A stretch of 64,000 nucleotides of DNA from Longimicrobiales bacterium (GTDB taxonomy: Bacteria; Gemmatimonadota; Gemmatimonadetes; Longimicrobiales; Gaopeijiaceae), in NCBI GenBank assembly GCA_965219445.1, contig CBDCNQ010000004.1:960001-1024000 (forward strand), given 5' to 3'. Under the pieces are notes generated by a model. The model ran no database searches. It was not told where the DNA came from and saw only the letters and a program-made list of their open reading frames with translations. Shown in pieces: positions 30,787 to 41,134 of the stretch. The translations under genes and the position numbers were made by a program. Position 1 is the stretch's first letter. Each line of letters opens with the position of its first letter.

Positions 30787-33024
30787 ATGATACGTATCAC
30801 GTTCATCGTCCCCCTCGCGATGCTTTTCTCGGCTTCGATGGTCTCTGGGCAAAACGCCGGCCGGGTCGGGCAAGCGACGTTTGCCGACGAAGCCCCGACG
30901 ATCGACGGGTTCATCGATGATGCGGTTTGGGCACGGGCTGAGCCCTTCACCGGATTCGTTCAGCAGATGCCCATCGAGGGTAGTCCCGCGACGGAGAAGA
31001 CCGAGGTTCGGATCCTCTACGACGAAAGCGCGATTTTCATCGGAGTGATCCTCTACGACAGTGAGCCCGACGAAATCTTGGTCACGGACAGTCGTCGTGA
31101 CTCCGGGCTGGGCGGCATGGACTCGTTCCAGATCATCTTCGACACCTACCATGATCGCCAGAATGGATTTGTTTTCGGGACCAACCCCGCGGGCATCGAG
31201 TACGACGGCCAGGTCACGAACGAGGGTGGGGGCATGAGCGGTGGCAACCGAGCTACTGCGAATGTGGGCTCGGGAGCGGGCTTCAATCGAAACTGGGATG
31301 CCAGTTGGACGGTGCGCACTCGAGTGACCGAAGTGGGTTGGACGGCCGAGTTCGAGATTCCGCTCATCAGCCTTCGCTACGGCGCGAGGCCCCAGGTTTG
31401 GGGAGTGAATTTCCAGCGTAACATCAGTCGCAGCCGCGAGCAGCTTTTCTGGGCCCCCATCGGGCAGGTCTATAACCTCCACCGGCTCTCGCAAGCGGGA
31501 GAGCTCCACGGCCTCGAGCTGGAGGAGCCGCGAAATCTCAAGGTCACGCCCTACGCGGTGGGCTCGGCCTCCCGCGAATATACGAACCCCCTGGAGACCG
31601 AGCCCGACTACAATGGCGATTTCGGTATCGATGTGAAGTACGGCGTGACGCCGAGTCTGACCTTGGATCTCACGTATAACACCGACTTCGCCCAGGTCGA
31701 AGTCGATGAGCAGGTGATCAACCTGACGCGCTTCAACGTTCGCTTTCCCGAGAAGCGACCGTTCTTTCTCGAGAACGCGGGCCAGTTCACGGCGGGCAAG
31801 CCCGGGGTCGACCTCTTCTTCAGCCGGCGGATCGGCGTCGACGCGGCGACGAGGGCCGCAGTCCCGATCCTCGGTGGCGCCCGCATGAGTGGAAGGGCTG
31901 GCGCCTTCAACCTCGGCTTCCTCACCATGCAGACCGATCGTCTTCTGGCCGACGAGCGTCTCGGGGATCCGCGGGCGGTACTCACGCCATACAACAACTA
32001 CTCCATGGCCCGCATCAGCCGCGAGTTGCCGAACCGGTCCAGTGTTGGAGGGCTCTTCGTGAACCGAGACGCGATGGGATCCGGTTCCGCGTCCGACGAC
32101 TGGAATCGCACCTTCGGCCTAGACGGTAGCCTCGGGGCGGGACAGTACTTGGACTTTCGTGGCTTCCTCTCACGGACGGTCACCCCTGGCGAGAGCGGTG
32201 ACGAGATGGCGTACAACTTCCGTGGGGAGTTCAGGCGAGGCGGATTAGAGAGTGGTGTCGAATACACGGAGATCGGCGACGGCTTCAACCCGGAAGTGGG
32301 TTTCCTGAGGCGAGGGTCATACCGGTCGTCCGACTTCCGCGTCGCCTGGAGGTATCAGGCGCCCGGCATCTCCTGGCTACGCCAGTTGAATCCTCATACC
32401 CAGCTGACCACGGTCTGGGATCTCGGGGGCTTCCTGGAGGAGCAGATCTGGCACATGCACTTTCCCATCGATTTCGAGAACGGATGGGGCTTCAGTCCCT
32501 TGGTCGACGTGGATTGGGAGGGCTTCCAAGCACCCTTCGAGATTTCTCCGGGAGTGGTGGTACCGGCGGGGGAGTACGACTACGTCCACACCGAAGCGCG
32601 CCTGTCTACCGACTCGAGGCGTACCCTGTCTTTCAGCACGAATTGGGTGCTGGGAGGTTTCTTGGCCGGAACCGAGACGTCCGTGACCAACACCCTGAAT
32701 GTGCGGAGCGGAGGCAAGTTCACCACGTCCGTGGGGTGGACTCGGCAGGACATCGATCTCCCCTGGGGGGACTTCGTCACGAACTTGGGTCAGGCCCGCT
32801 TCAGCTACAGTTTTACGCCGCGGGTAAACTTCCAATCGCTCATCCAGTACAGCGACCGGGACGAGAATTGGAGTGGGAACCTCCGGTTCGCTTGGTTGAA
32901 CGCTGAGGGTGCCGGCTCCGGTTTATTCGTCGTGTACAACGCGACGCAGGCGCTGGAGGGTCTTGGTCCGATCAACCGGACTTTCATAATCAAATACAGC
33001 CGCCAGTTCGACATGCTGAGGTGA
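30787..33024 (+). CDS. DUF5916/CBM9-like outer-membrane protein
   Basis: IDGFIDDAVW, NTDFAQVEVD, NLTRFNVRFPEKRPFF and LFFSRRIG motifs. Confidence 0.85.
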   Translation: MIRITFIVPLAMLFSASMVSGQNAGRVGQATFADEAPTIDGFIDDAVWARAEPFTGFVQQMPIEGSPATEKTEVRILYDESAIFIGVILYDSEPDEILVTDSRRDSGLGGMDSFQIIFDTYHDRQNGFVFGTNPAGIEYDGQVTNEGGGMSGGNRATANVGSGAGFNRNWDASWTVRTRVTEVGWTAEFEIPLISLRYGARPQVWGVNFQRNISRSREQLFWAPIGQVYNLHRLSQAGELHGLELEEPRNLKVTPYAVGSASREYTNPLETEPDYNGDFGIDVKYGVTPSLTLDLTYNTDFAQVEVDEQVINLTRFNVRFPEKRPFFLENAGQFTAGKPGVDLFFSRRIGVDAATRAAVPILGGARMSGRAGAFNLGFLTMQTDRLLADERLGDPRAVLTPYNNYSMARISRELPNRSSVGGLFVNRDAMGSGSASDDWNRTFGLDGSLGAGQYLDFRGFLSRTVTPGESGDEMAYNFRGEFRRGGLESGVEYTEIGDGFNPEVGFLRRGSYRSSDFRVAWRYQAPGISWLRQLNPHTQLTTVWDLGGFLEEQIWHMHFPIDFENGWGFSPLVDVDWEGFQAPFEISPGVVVPAGEYDYVHTEARLSTDSRRTLSFSTNWVLGGFLAGTETSVTNTLNVRSGGKFTTSVGWTRQDIDLPWGDFVTNLGQARFSYSFTPRVNFQSLIQYSDRDENWSGNLRFAWLNAEGAGSGLFVVYNATQALEGLGPINRTFIIKYSRQFDMLR

Positions 33025-33121
33025 GGAGAGGGGGCTGCTTGCGCAACTTGGGCTCAGGAGTCGACGCGGGGCGATAGACGAGAAGAGCGCGCGGGGAGAT
33101 CCTCGCTCACCGGGCAGAAAT

Positions 33122-33163
33122 CAGAGAGCCCGACGCGGAAGTGAATCCGCGCCGGGCTCTCTG
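33122..33163. terminator. Long hairpin between convergent genes (probable terminator)
   Basis: CAGAGAGCCCGACGCGGA-AGTGAA-TCCGCGCCGGGCTCTCTG with one mismatch; no strong U-tract. Confidence 0.6.
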
Positions 33164-33235
33164 CTCCAGCCCTTCATCTACCTTCGGGCTTCGTGCAGGC
33201 TTCCCTCTTACTCGCCTACACCCTCCCGCCTGGGG

Positions 33236-34606
33236 TCATCCCCCGTCGGCGGCGGGCCGAGCCCTGTCCCGCTCACGCTGAGCGACCATCTGCTCGAAGT
33301 CCTCATCCGGGATCCAGGTGATCCCGAAACGGATGTGGGCCATCTCGCTCGCGCTCCTCCTCCCGTAGACCACCCATTGGTCAGGGTCGGGGTTGGATGG
33401 ATTGTCCGCCGTATTGTCCAACAAGGAGGTGGCGATGATAACCGTCCCCTTCGGCAACAGGGGCTGCACGTCATCCTGGTAGATGTGCGTGGTGTGCCAC
33501 AGATGGTTCCAGTCGATCTTGTTGATCACCTCCCGACGACCGTCGGGATAGATCGCCTCCATCATCTGATACCCACCTCGAAGGTGCATATGGCCGCGTA
33601 TGCTATGAACCCGCGCGTTCCGCTCGAGCACAAAGTTGCCACGCAACATCTGGTACCCATGGGGCGGAATGAGCATATCGGTGTATCGCGGCAGGCCCAA
33701 ATCACGACTCTCACCCGAATTGTGGGAAGTCTCGTCGTTCGTGGCGTACTTTGGCTCTTCTCCCTCTGGGTAGAGCCAAACGCCCACCTGGATCATCGCG
33801 TCGACCACTTCCCTCCCGATCGGGAAAAGGTGCATCGAAAAGTGGATCTGGTCGTCGGGCTGGATCAGCTTGCCGGCATCCTCCGGATACATGTCCGTTC
33901 TTTTTCCGACCGCGGAGGAGGAAAGCCCTCCGCGCCGCTCGTTGTCCGACAGCTGAAAGAGACTCGTGTTGGCGTGATGAAAGACGTATCCGCTCTCAGC
34001 GTCCGCGGGCCTCGTCTCCACCGCCCTGACCCACCGGTTTTCTGTTAGCGCCGCGTCCATTACATCGGTTAGGGCTGCGTCCGGCTCCCACCACTGATCC
34101 CCGCTATTGGCAGGAACCGTGAACGGTGGCGACTGGATGATCAAGTCCGGTGGACCCCAACCCTGGTCCTGTTCGAGCTGCCAATACTCGTGGTCTGGCT
34201 TCCAATCACGCGGCACCGGGAGGTTCGACAGGTCCCCCGCCGGCGTACCCGAGTCCACCCAACGGGCGATCGTCTCGATCTCCTGAACCGAGAGCGACGG
34301 GTCGTTCTTGAAGTCCTGGATTCCCACGGTCCGGTCGATATACCAGCCCGGTGGCATCGTCCGTGTCTCCACCGAGTGCTGGATCATTGACGCAAACGGC
34401 CGTACTTGCTCGTAGGTTTCGAGAACCATCGGCGCCGCCGTGCCCGGCCGATGACACCTCACGCAGTTCTCCTGCAGAATGGGCGCAACGTGCTCGGCGT
34501 AGGTTACGTCCTGCGCGGCGGCAGCCTGCGGCCACGCCACCGTTCCGGCTAGCACCGCACCAGCGAATGCTACCCAGATATTCGGAAGTCCTTTGGTTCT
34601 ACTCAT
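33236..34606 (-). CDS. Cytochrome c fused to a copper type II (PHM/DBM-like) monooxygenase domain
   Basis: CVRCH heme motif; FHH, MH, GHMH and EM candidate copper ligands. Confidence 0.78.
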   Translation of the reverse strand: MSRTKGLPNIWVAFAGAVLAGTVAWPQAAAAQDVTYAEHVAPILQENCVRCHRPGTAAPMVLETYEQVRPFASMIQHSVETRTMPPGWYIDRTVGIQDFKNDPSLSVQEIETIARWVDSGTPAGDLSNLPVPRDWKPDHEYWQLEQDQGWGPPDLIIQSPPFTVPANSGDQWWEPDAALTDVMDAALTENRWVRAVETRPADAESGYVFHHANTSLFQLSDNERRGGLSSSAVGKRTDMYPEDAGKLIQPDDQIHFSMHLFPIGREVVDAMIQVGVWLYPEGEEPKYATNDETSHNSGESRDLGLPRYTDMLIPPHGYQMLRGNFVLERNARVHSIRGHMHLRGGYQMMEAIYPDGRREVINKIDWNHLWHTTHIYQDDVQPLLPKGTVIIATSLLDNTADNPSNPDPDQWVVYGRRSASEMAHIRFGITWIPDEDFEQMVAQRERDRARPAADGG

Positions 34607-34620
34607 GTGACACTCTCCGG

Positions 34621-35562
34621 TCAGTTGGTGACGGTGACCTCGACCCACCCATTGGTAAAGCAACAATGGTATTCGAAGCTGTTACGGAGGGTTTCGATCG
34701 CCTGCACGAGCAGGACGTAGTCCCCCGCTTCACTAAATGTAACCCTCGTCGTGCCCATTCCCTCACGCTCAGTTAATGGGACTTCGACCTCATCTTCGCT
34801 GAAACTCACCTCGCCGGGCCCTGAATAGTGCATCCAGTACAGCCAGCTCTCTGGCTCCTCGTACATTGTTTCTCCGGAATTCACCCAGGCAGAGATCGCC
34901 AGTGGTTCGCCGACTCTCGCGGTGAGCGGACCCTCCCGAGTGCCGTTGAGGCCTTGTACCCAAGGATCGGCCGGGTCGAAACGCAGCAACGGCGCATAGC
35001 CGCTGGCGGTCCCTTGCTGATACCTCGCAGGCGCTAATGGGGTCTCAATTATGTAGGACGGTTCCGTGATATGCCCGGGGGTGGAATACGTCTGCCCGTG
35101 GTTTCGCAACGTCCAGACGATGCGTCGGTCTCCGAAGTCCGCGGGCACCCTGATCATGAAACTGTTCCACGGCCGGCGAATGCGGGGGTGAATCTCCTTG
35201 AAGTAGGTCGGCTGGCCCCCGTCGTACTCCCTCGGCTCAATGAAGTTGTCTGGCCCAAGAGGGATGTGGAGCGCTTCCTCGAGGTTCATGCTGGCGTAGC
35301 CGAAGGAGAGCGTGTAGCTGCCGTCGTCATTCACAAACCAACCTTCGAAGACGGGCACGATCGGCCGGCCTGAAGCCCGGATCATCTGCGGCGACCAAGT
35401 CGGGGTGTTCGAAGGGAATAGACTAAAACGATCGAAGCCGTCGCAGGACGCTCGCGGGGTCCGGCAGTCTACCGGGTCCTGAGCCTCCAACGGCTGCCAA
35501 GACTGCGCGCCGAACGTGGCGCCCAGAACCACGACCATCGCTACAAAACAGGCTCGCTGCAT
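34621..35562 (-). CDS. Secreted hypothetical protein, probably co-transcribed with the monooxygenase
   Basis: Signal peptide; PVFEGW...SFGY...GQPTYF and CCFTNG motifs. Confidence 0.7.
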   Translation of the reverse strand: MQRACFVAMVVVLGATFGAQSWQPLEAQDPVDCRTPRASCDGFDRFSLFPSNTPTWSPQMIRASGRPIVPVFEGWFVNDDGSYTLSFGYASMNLEEALHIPLGPDNFIEPREYDGGQPTYFKEIHPRIRRPWNSFMIRVPADFGDRRIVWTLRNHGQTYSTPGHITEPSYIIETPLAPARYQQGTASGYAPLLRFDPADPWVQGLNGTREGPLTARVGEPLAISAWVNSGETMYEEPESWLYWMHYSGPGEVSFSEDEVEVPLTEREGMGTTRVTFSEAGDYVLLVQAIETLRNSFEYHCCFTNGWVEVTVTN

Positions 35563-35639
35563 CGCCTTGCCTCTTTTCCCACCTAAGTTATTCGACAAGC
35601 GCGCTTCGCGCCGTGGAACGGCGGAAGCCTTGGGTACCC

Positions 35640-35668
35640 ATTGTAACCCACCCGAGCACGACGCGCAA
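35640..35668 (-). promoter_or_regulatory. Sigma70-like promoter
   Basis: Minus strand TTGCGC-N17-TACAAT upstream of the gene starting at 35562. Confidence 0.55.
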
Positions 35669-35865
35669 AGGGGGTGCTTAGCGGAAGCCACAAGCGGGTT
35701 CGGGGTCTATTCGGTATCTCGCTCAGGGGTTCGGTGTTTCGCCAATCGGTACCCCACGACAAGCTCTGTGACCACGGCGGTTCCTGGGCGGTCCAGATGT
35801 GCCGAGCGAGTTCGTGGCGTCGAGCTTGCCGTAGTCCTGAGTTTTGTCTCCGGGTGCTCGTACGC

Positions 35866-35900
35866 TTGCCGCCCCACACCCCCTAGAGGCATGTTGTCCG
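35866..35900 (+). promoter_or_regulatory. Copy of the repeated promoter-like element
   Basis: TTGCCGCCCCACACCCCCTAGAGGCATGTTGTCCG, closely similar to the copies at 30570, 57185 and 61707(-). Confidence 0.65.
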
Positions 35901-35931
35901 GATCATGGCGAGCCCAGGTGAAAGTCCCCTC

Positions 35932-37515
35932 ATGCGTCTAGAGCGCGTACCGTCCATCTTGTCTTTGCGGCTGTTCGCCGTCGCTCTCCTCCTGGCCATC
36001 CCGGCCTCGCTGAGGGCGCAGGACTTCGAACTTCTCGAGGCCACGATCGAGGACGCTCATGCCGCGATGGAGAGGGGGCGACTCACCTGTCGGTCCTTGG
36101 TGCAGGCATACATCGACCGGATCGAAGCCTACGACACGGCGGGCCCGCGGCTCAACGCCATCCAGTACCTCAACGAGCGGGCGCTGAACGAGGCCGACGC
36201 GCTGGATGGGGCCATGCGCTCCGAGGGGAGGGTGGGACCGCTGCACTGCATACCCGTTCTCCTCAAGGACCAGGTGGAGACGAGTGAGATGCCAACCACG
36301 TACGGCTCGGCGCTCTTCCAGGACTTCATCCCGTCGCGAGACGCGACCATCGTGACCAGGATGAAGGAGGCGGGTGCCATCATCCTGGCCAAGACGAATA
36401 TGGGCGAGTTTGCGTCCCGATACGTAGGCTCGGCGTTCGGTGTGATTCGAAATGCGTACGACCCCGACCGGAATCCGAGCGGCTCTTCGGGTGGCACGGC
36501 GGCGGGGATCGCGGCGAACTTCGGGATGGTCGGGATCGGTGAGGACACCGGTGGATCGGTGCGAGGCCCCGCGGCCGTGCATAGCCTCGTTGGGCTACGG
36601 CCGACGCTGCCGCTCGTGAGCCGGCGCGGCATGATGCCGGCGAATCCGACCCATGACACGATGGGCCCGATTACGCGTACGGTGACCGACGCGGCCATCC
36701 TCCTGGACGCCATCGTAGGCTATGACCCCGAGGACCCGATCACAGCGTACTCCGTGGGACGAGTTCCGGAGACCTACACTCTCTCTCTCGATGCCGACCG
36801 ACTGCGCGGTGCGCGCATCGGCGTCCTACGTGAGCCCATGGACTCGGGGACCGATCCCTTGTCCGACGACTACGCGAAGGTGAAGGCCGTCATCGATCGA
36901 GCGATCCAGGACCTGGAATCCCTAGGTGCAGAAGTCGTCGACCCGTTGGTCATTCCGGAGCTGGAGACCGTGCGGGGCATCGGGAACAACTTCGAGACCG
37001 AGCGCGCTATGAACGACTACCTAGCCGAGCTCGTGAACACACCGGTCACCACGCTCCGCGAGATATTGCTCTCGGGTGTCGTGACGCCCTGGCGGGCGCG
37101 AGGCATGATGGGGTCGGTCGGAAAAACCACGGACGACCCGGGTTATCTGGAGGTCATCCGGAAGCGGGAGACGCTCCGACAGAACGTTCTCAAGGCCATG
37201 GCCGACGAGGCACTCGACGCGATCGTCTACGCGACGTTCGACCACCAGCCGACGCTGATCGCTCCCGACGTCGAGACGAATCCGGACCCCGCGGACGACT
37301 ACGGCAGGGGCAGCAACCGGAGTCTGAGTCCCGCCGTCGGGTTCCCCGCGCTCACAGTCCCGGCGGGGTTCACGACGGACGAGCTGCCGGTGGGGCTCGA
37401 GTTCTTGGGCAGGCCCTTCACTGAGGAGATGCTGCTCGGCCTTGGCTACGCGTTCGAGCAGGCGACGCGCCACCGCCATCCGCCCCCGAACACGCCCCGT
37501 CTCGGGAGCCCATGA
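35932..37515 (+). CDS. Amidase-signature family enzyme, secreted
   Basis: LLKD, GSSGG and GEDTGGSVRGPA motifs (Ser-cisSer-Lys triad). Confidence 0.92.
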   Translation: MRLERVPSILSLRLFAVALLLAIPASLRAQDFELLEATIEDAHAAMERGRLTCRSLVQAYIDRIEAYDTAGPRLNAIQYLNERALNEADALDGAMRSEGRVGPLHCIPVLLKDQVETSEMPTTYGSALFQDFIPSRDATIVTRMKEAGAIILAKTNMGEFASRYVGSAFGVIRNAYDPDRNPSGSSGGTAAGIAANFGMVGIGEDTGGSVRGPAAVHSLVGLRPTLPLVSRRGMMPANPTHDTMGPITRTVTDAAILLDAIVGYDPEDPITAYSVGRVPETYTLSLDADRLRGARIGVLREPMDSGTDPLSDDYAKVKAVIDRAIQDLESLGAEVVDPLVIPELETVRGIGNNFETERAMNDYLAELVNTPVTTLREILLSGVVTPWRARGMMGSVGKTTDDPGYLEVIRKRETLRQNVLKAMADEALDAIVYATFDHQPTLIAPDVETNPDPADDYGRGSNRSLSPAVGFPALTVPAGFTTDELPVGLEFLGRPFTEEMLLGLGYAFEQATRHRHPPPNTPRLGSP

Positions 37516-37531
37516 GTCTGAGCCGCTAGGA

Positions 37532-40245
37532 ATGACCGATCCCGTCGCCCGCCTGAACGCAGCCCTCGAAGGCCGCTACACGATCGAGCGTGAACTCGGC
37601 GAGGGCGGCATGGCCACCGTCTACCTGGCCGACGACCTCAAGCACGAGCGCAAGGTCGCGCTGAAGGTCTTGAAGCCGGAGTTAGCCGCCGTCGTCGGAG
37701 CCGAGCGTTTTCTAGCCGAGATCAAGACGACGGCGAACCTCCAGCACCCCCACATCCTGCCGCTCTTCGACTCCGGGGAGGCGGACGGGGTCGTGTTCTA
37801 TGTGATGCCCTATGTTGAAGGAGAATCGCTCAGGGATCGCCTGGACCGTGAAAAGCAAATGGGTGTGAAGGACTCGGTCGCTATCACGCAGAAGGTCGCG
37901 GGCGCACTCGACTACGCGCACGGGAACGGCGTCGTCCACCGCGACATCAAGCCGGGCAACATCCTCCTGAGTGAGCAGGGCGAGCCACTCGTCGCTGACT
38001 TCGGTATCGCGCTGGCCGTCGCTCAGGCCGGTGCCGGACGCATCACGGAGACCGGACTCAGCTTGGGCACGCCGCACTACATGAGCCCGGAACAGGCCAC
38101 TGGCGACCGGGACGTGGACCCGAAGTCGGATGTCTTCGCGCTGGGGTGTGTGCTCTACGAGATGCTCGCCGGGCAGCCTCCGTTCGCTGCGCCTACTGCC
38201 CAAGCGGTCTTGGTCCAGATCCTCACGACAGACGCTCCGTCGATCACGAGTGCGCGAAGAACTGTGGCTCCGAATGTGGCTGCGGCACTGGCTCAGGCTC
38301 TGGAGAAGCTGCCCGCCGACCGCTTCACGAGCGCGGCGGAGTTTGCAGCGGCGCTCGGGGACGAGAGTTTTACGTACAAGGCTCGGGCTCGGACCTCCGT
38401 AACGGCCTCGACCCCGGAGCCGGTAGCCACGCAAGCGCCCGCCACGACGCCTGGCCCCTGGAATCGGCTGGCGGTCGCCTTTGCGACGACCACTGCCCTC
38501 CTTGCCGCCCTCGCCGCCTGGGGCTGGCTCAGACCGGGTCCCGAGCCGGGTGTCCCAACGCGGGCGACAGTGACAGGCGCCGACATGCCTCCTGGACCAC
38601 CCGGATGGAGGCTCGCGATCTCGTCCGATGGCCGTTCGATTCTGAAAGTGGATGAGGGCTCCATCCACATGCGTACTGCGAGCGACCCGGAGTGGAGGCA
38701 GCTTCCCAATACGGAGGTGGGTCTCAACCCGACCTTTTCGCCGGACGGGCAGTCGGTCGCCTTCAGCACCGGGCTCGACGGCGGGATCTCGAAGGTCTCG
38801 ATAATTGGCGGACCGGCCCTTCCGGTTACGACTTCCGGCGGTTCCCCGCACTGGGGCTTTGACGACACCATCGTCTACAGCGACAGGGGTCAGCTCTACC
38901 GCGTCTCGTCCTCGGGAGGTGATCCCCAGGCCTTAATGGACTCCGCTTCGGTGGGCGTAAGCCGACCGCATCTCCTGCCCAACGGAAGGGCGGTGGTATT
39001 CGCAACTGGTGGTGGTGCACAGACATCGCGCATCATGATCTTCGAGATCGAGACGGGTGAGGTGCGCGAGCTTATCCCTAGTGGGAACCAGCCGCGCTAC
39101 GTGTCTACGGGCCACCTGCTCTACGGACACAGCGACGGGGCGCTTATGGGCGTGCCATTCGACCTTGAAACGCTCCAGGTGACGGGGACGCCGGTGACAT
39201 TGCTCCCCTCGCTGGCCGTGTCCGGCGGAGGTGCTTCCCAGTTCGCCGTATCGCAGACGGGCACGCTCGTGTACAGCACAGGTGGCGGTAGCACAGGCGA
39301 ATCGGTTACACCCGTATGGGTGGAAAGAGACGGCACCGCCCGCGAGATTGACCCCGGATGGGGGACCCAGGGAACCCCGAACTTTTCCAGCCTCGCTCTC
39401 TCCCCGAATGGGGATCGCCTTGCGATCTCGATACCGGCCTCCGAGGGAACGACTGACCTATGGGTGAAACAATTGGACATAGGGCCGCTGTCCCGGCTCA
39501 CGTTCGAGGGAACGACGAACCACAGGGCGACTTGGTCGCCGAACGGTGAGTCGCTGAGATTCCTATCGAATCGTGCAGGGAATTTCGACCCCTCTCCGAA
39601 TCGTGCAGGGAATCTCGCCCTCTGGACCAAGCGAGCGGACGGGAGCGGCACGGCTGAGCTGGTGCTGGATCAGGAAGTGCAAATCTGGGGGGCGCGCTAC
39701 TCCTCGGATGGTACATGGTTGGTCCTTCGTGAAGGAGCCTTTCAATCTGGCGACATCTACGCCATCCGACCCGGGGTAGACAGCGTGGCGGTGCCACTGG
39801 AGGTGACGGAGTTCCAAGAGTTGTCGATCTCTCTCTCACCCAACGATCGTTGGCTGGCCTACGTCTCGAACAATACGGGCCGAGATGAGGTCTACGTGCG
39901 TCCCTTCCCCCCCGATGCTGGCTCGGGCCTGGTGCAGGTCTCCACTGACGGGGGGACTGGGCCGGTGTTCGCACACAGCGGACGGGAACTGTTCTACCGG
40001 AACGGAGCCAACGAACTGGTGGCGGTCCAGGTCACTGAAGATCCGACGTTCGCCGCGGGCCAGCAAGAGGTGCTGTTCCCGATGGATGGTTACCTAACCG
40101 CCACGGGTCACGCGATGTACGACGTGAGTCCCGACGATCGACGGTTCGTGATGTTGCGGACGGGTGGTAATGAGGGTGCGGCGAGCGCCGAAGTCTACCT
40201 AGTCGTGAACTGGTTCGAGAGCTTCGCCAGCGGATGGGCAATTGA
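37532..40245 (+). CDS. Ser/Thr kinase with TM segment and PD40 propeller (kinase 2); -1 frameshift near 40219
   Basis: Full set of kinase motifs. Adding one G gives the family C-terminus NWFEELRQRMGN* ending at 40245. Confidence 0.92.
39567..39613 (+). repeat. 30-bp-period in-frame duplication inside kinase 2
   Basis: CGAATCGTGCAGGGAAT at 39567 and 39597, encoding NRAGNFDPSP-NRAGNL. Confidence 0.85.
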
Positions 40246-40275
40246 AGGCTCCGATCCCCTGGTTCCGACGAGAGA

Positions 40276-40893
40276 TTACTTCTCCGACTTGCCGTTGGCG
40301 TTTTTGACGTCCCGCCCCGCCACAGCGTCTTGACCGAAGATCTGGACGTCGCCGATGAGTTGGCCACCACGCTCGATCTCGAGCTCGCCGAACCTGACCT
40401 TACCGGTAATGCGCCCGGTCGCGCGTACCACCAAGTGTTCTCGCGCCGTCAGATCGCCCTCGAAGATACCGCTGATGTCCGCCCGGTCGAACTCGACCTG
40501 ACCCTTGAAGGTGCCGCTCTCGGCGATCTCGATCTCGCAGCAGTCCTTCATCTTGGCCTCAACCTGGCCCTCGACTACCAGCCGGTCGCACGAGTCGATC
40601 TTGCCGTTGAGGACGATCTCGCGGCCGATGACCAATATCTTGCCGTCGTTACGGCGTGGCTGTTCGGAACGGCGCGCGCGTTCGCTGGGTTTCGTAGTCG
40701 GACGGCGCGGCTTTTCGGGAAGGCCGACCCCCGCGCGCGGTGGCGGATCCGGTTTGGCGCTCGCCTCGGACGACTTGGATTGAGGCGGCAGCGGCGCGGT
40801 CGCCTCGTCACGGGCCTCGCCCGTGGGTGCGGCATCGTCGTCTGCATCCTTCTTGAGATCGATCACTGCTGACTGTCCTTTCATTCTCGCCAC
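40276..40893 (-). CDS. Bactofilin (polymer-forming cytoskeletal protein)
   Basis: LVIGREIVLNGKI...LVVEGQVEA...ISGIFEGDL...GRITGKV...LEIERGG beta-helix after a disordered N-terminus. Confidence 0.88.
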   Translation of the reverse strand: MARMKGQSAVIDLKKDADDDAAPTGEARDEATAPLPPQSKSSEASAKPDPPPRAGVGLPEKPRRPTTKPSERARRSEQPRRNDGKILVIGREIVLNGKIDSCDRLVVEGQVEAKMKDCCEIEIAESGTFKGQVEFDRADISGIFEGDLTAREHLVVRATGRITGKVRFGELEIERGGQLIGDVQIFGQDAVAGRDVKNANGKSEK

Positions 40894-41134
40894 CTATCGA
40901 TCGGGAAAGTTTGTCTGAAGCAAGCCCGGGGGCGCGCTTATGCCTTCGCACACGTGCACGATCAACGTTGGTATAGGTCAACGAGGGAAGCAAGGAATTT
41001 CGGAAACGTCTGTTCCCGTGCCCTCGTGTTCCTAAACTCGCGGTCGTATTACTGCTCGCTGTCGGCTTCTCAAGGTTCGATGGTTGGACGGCAAGGCCGT
41101 AGCGCTGGAGGAGCTGCGTCGTGGGGCCCTCCTT

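Noticed and set aside
40246..40333. Kinase 2 C-terminal tail overlapping the bactofilin gene
   Set aside because: It is produced by a one-base deletion near 40219; the family stop is at 40245.
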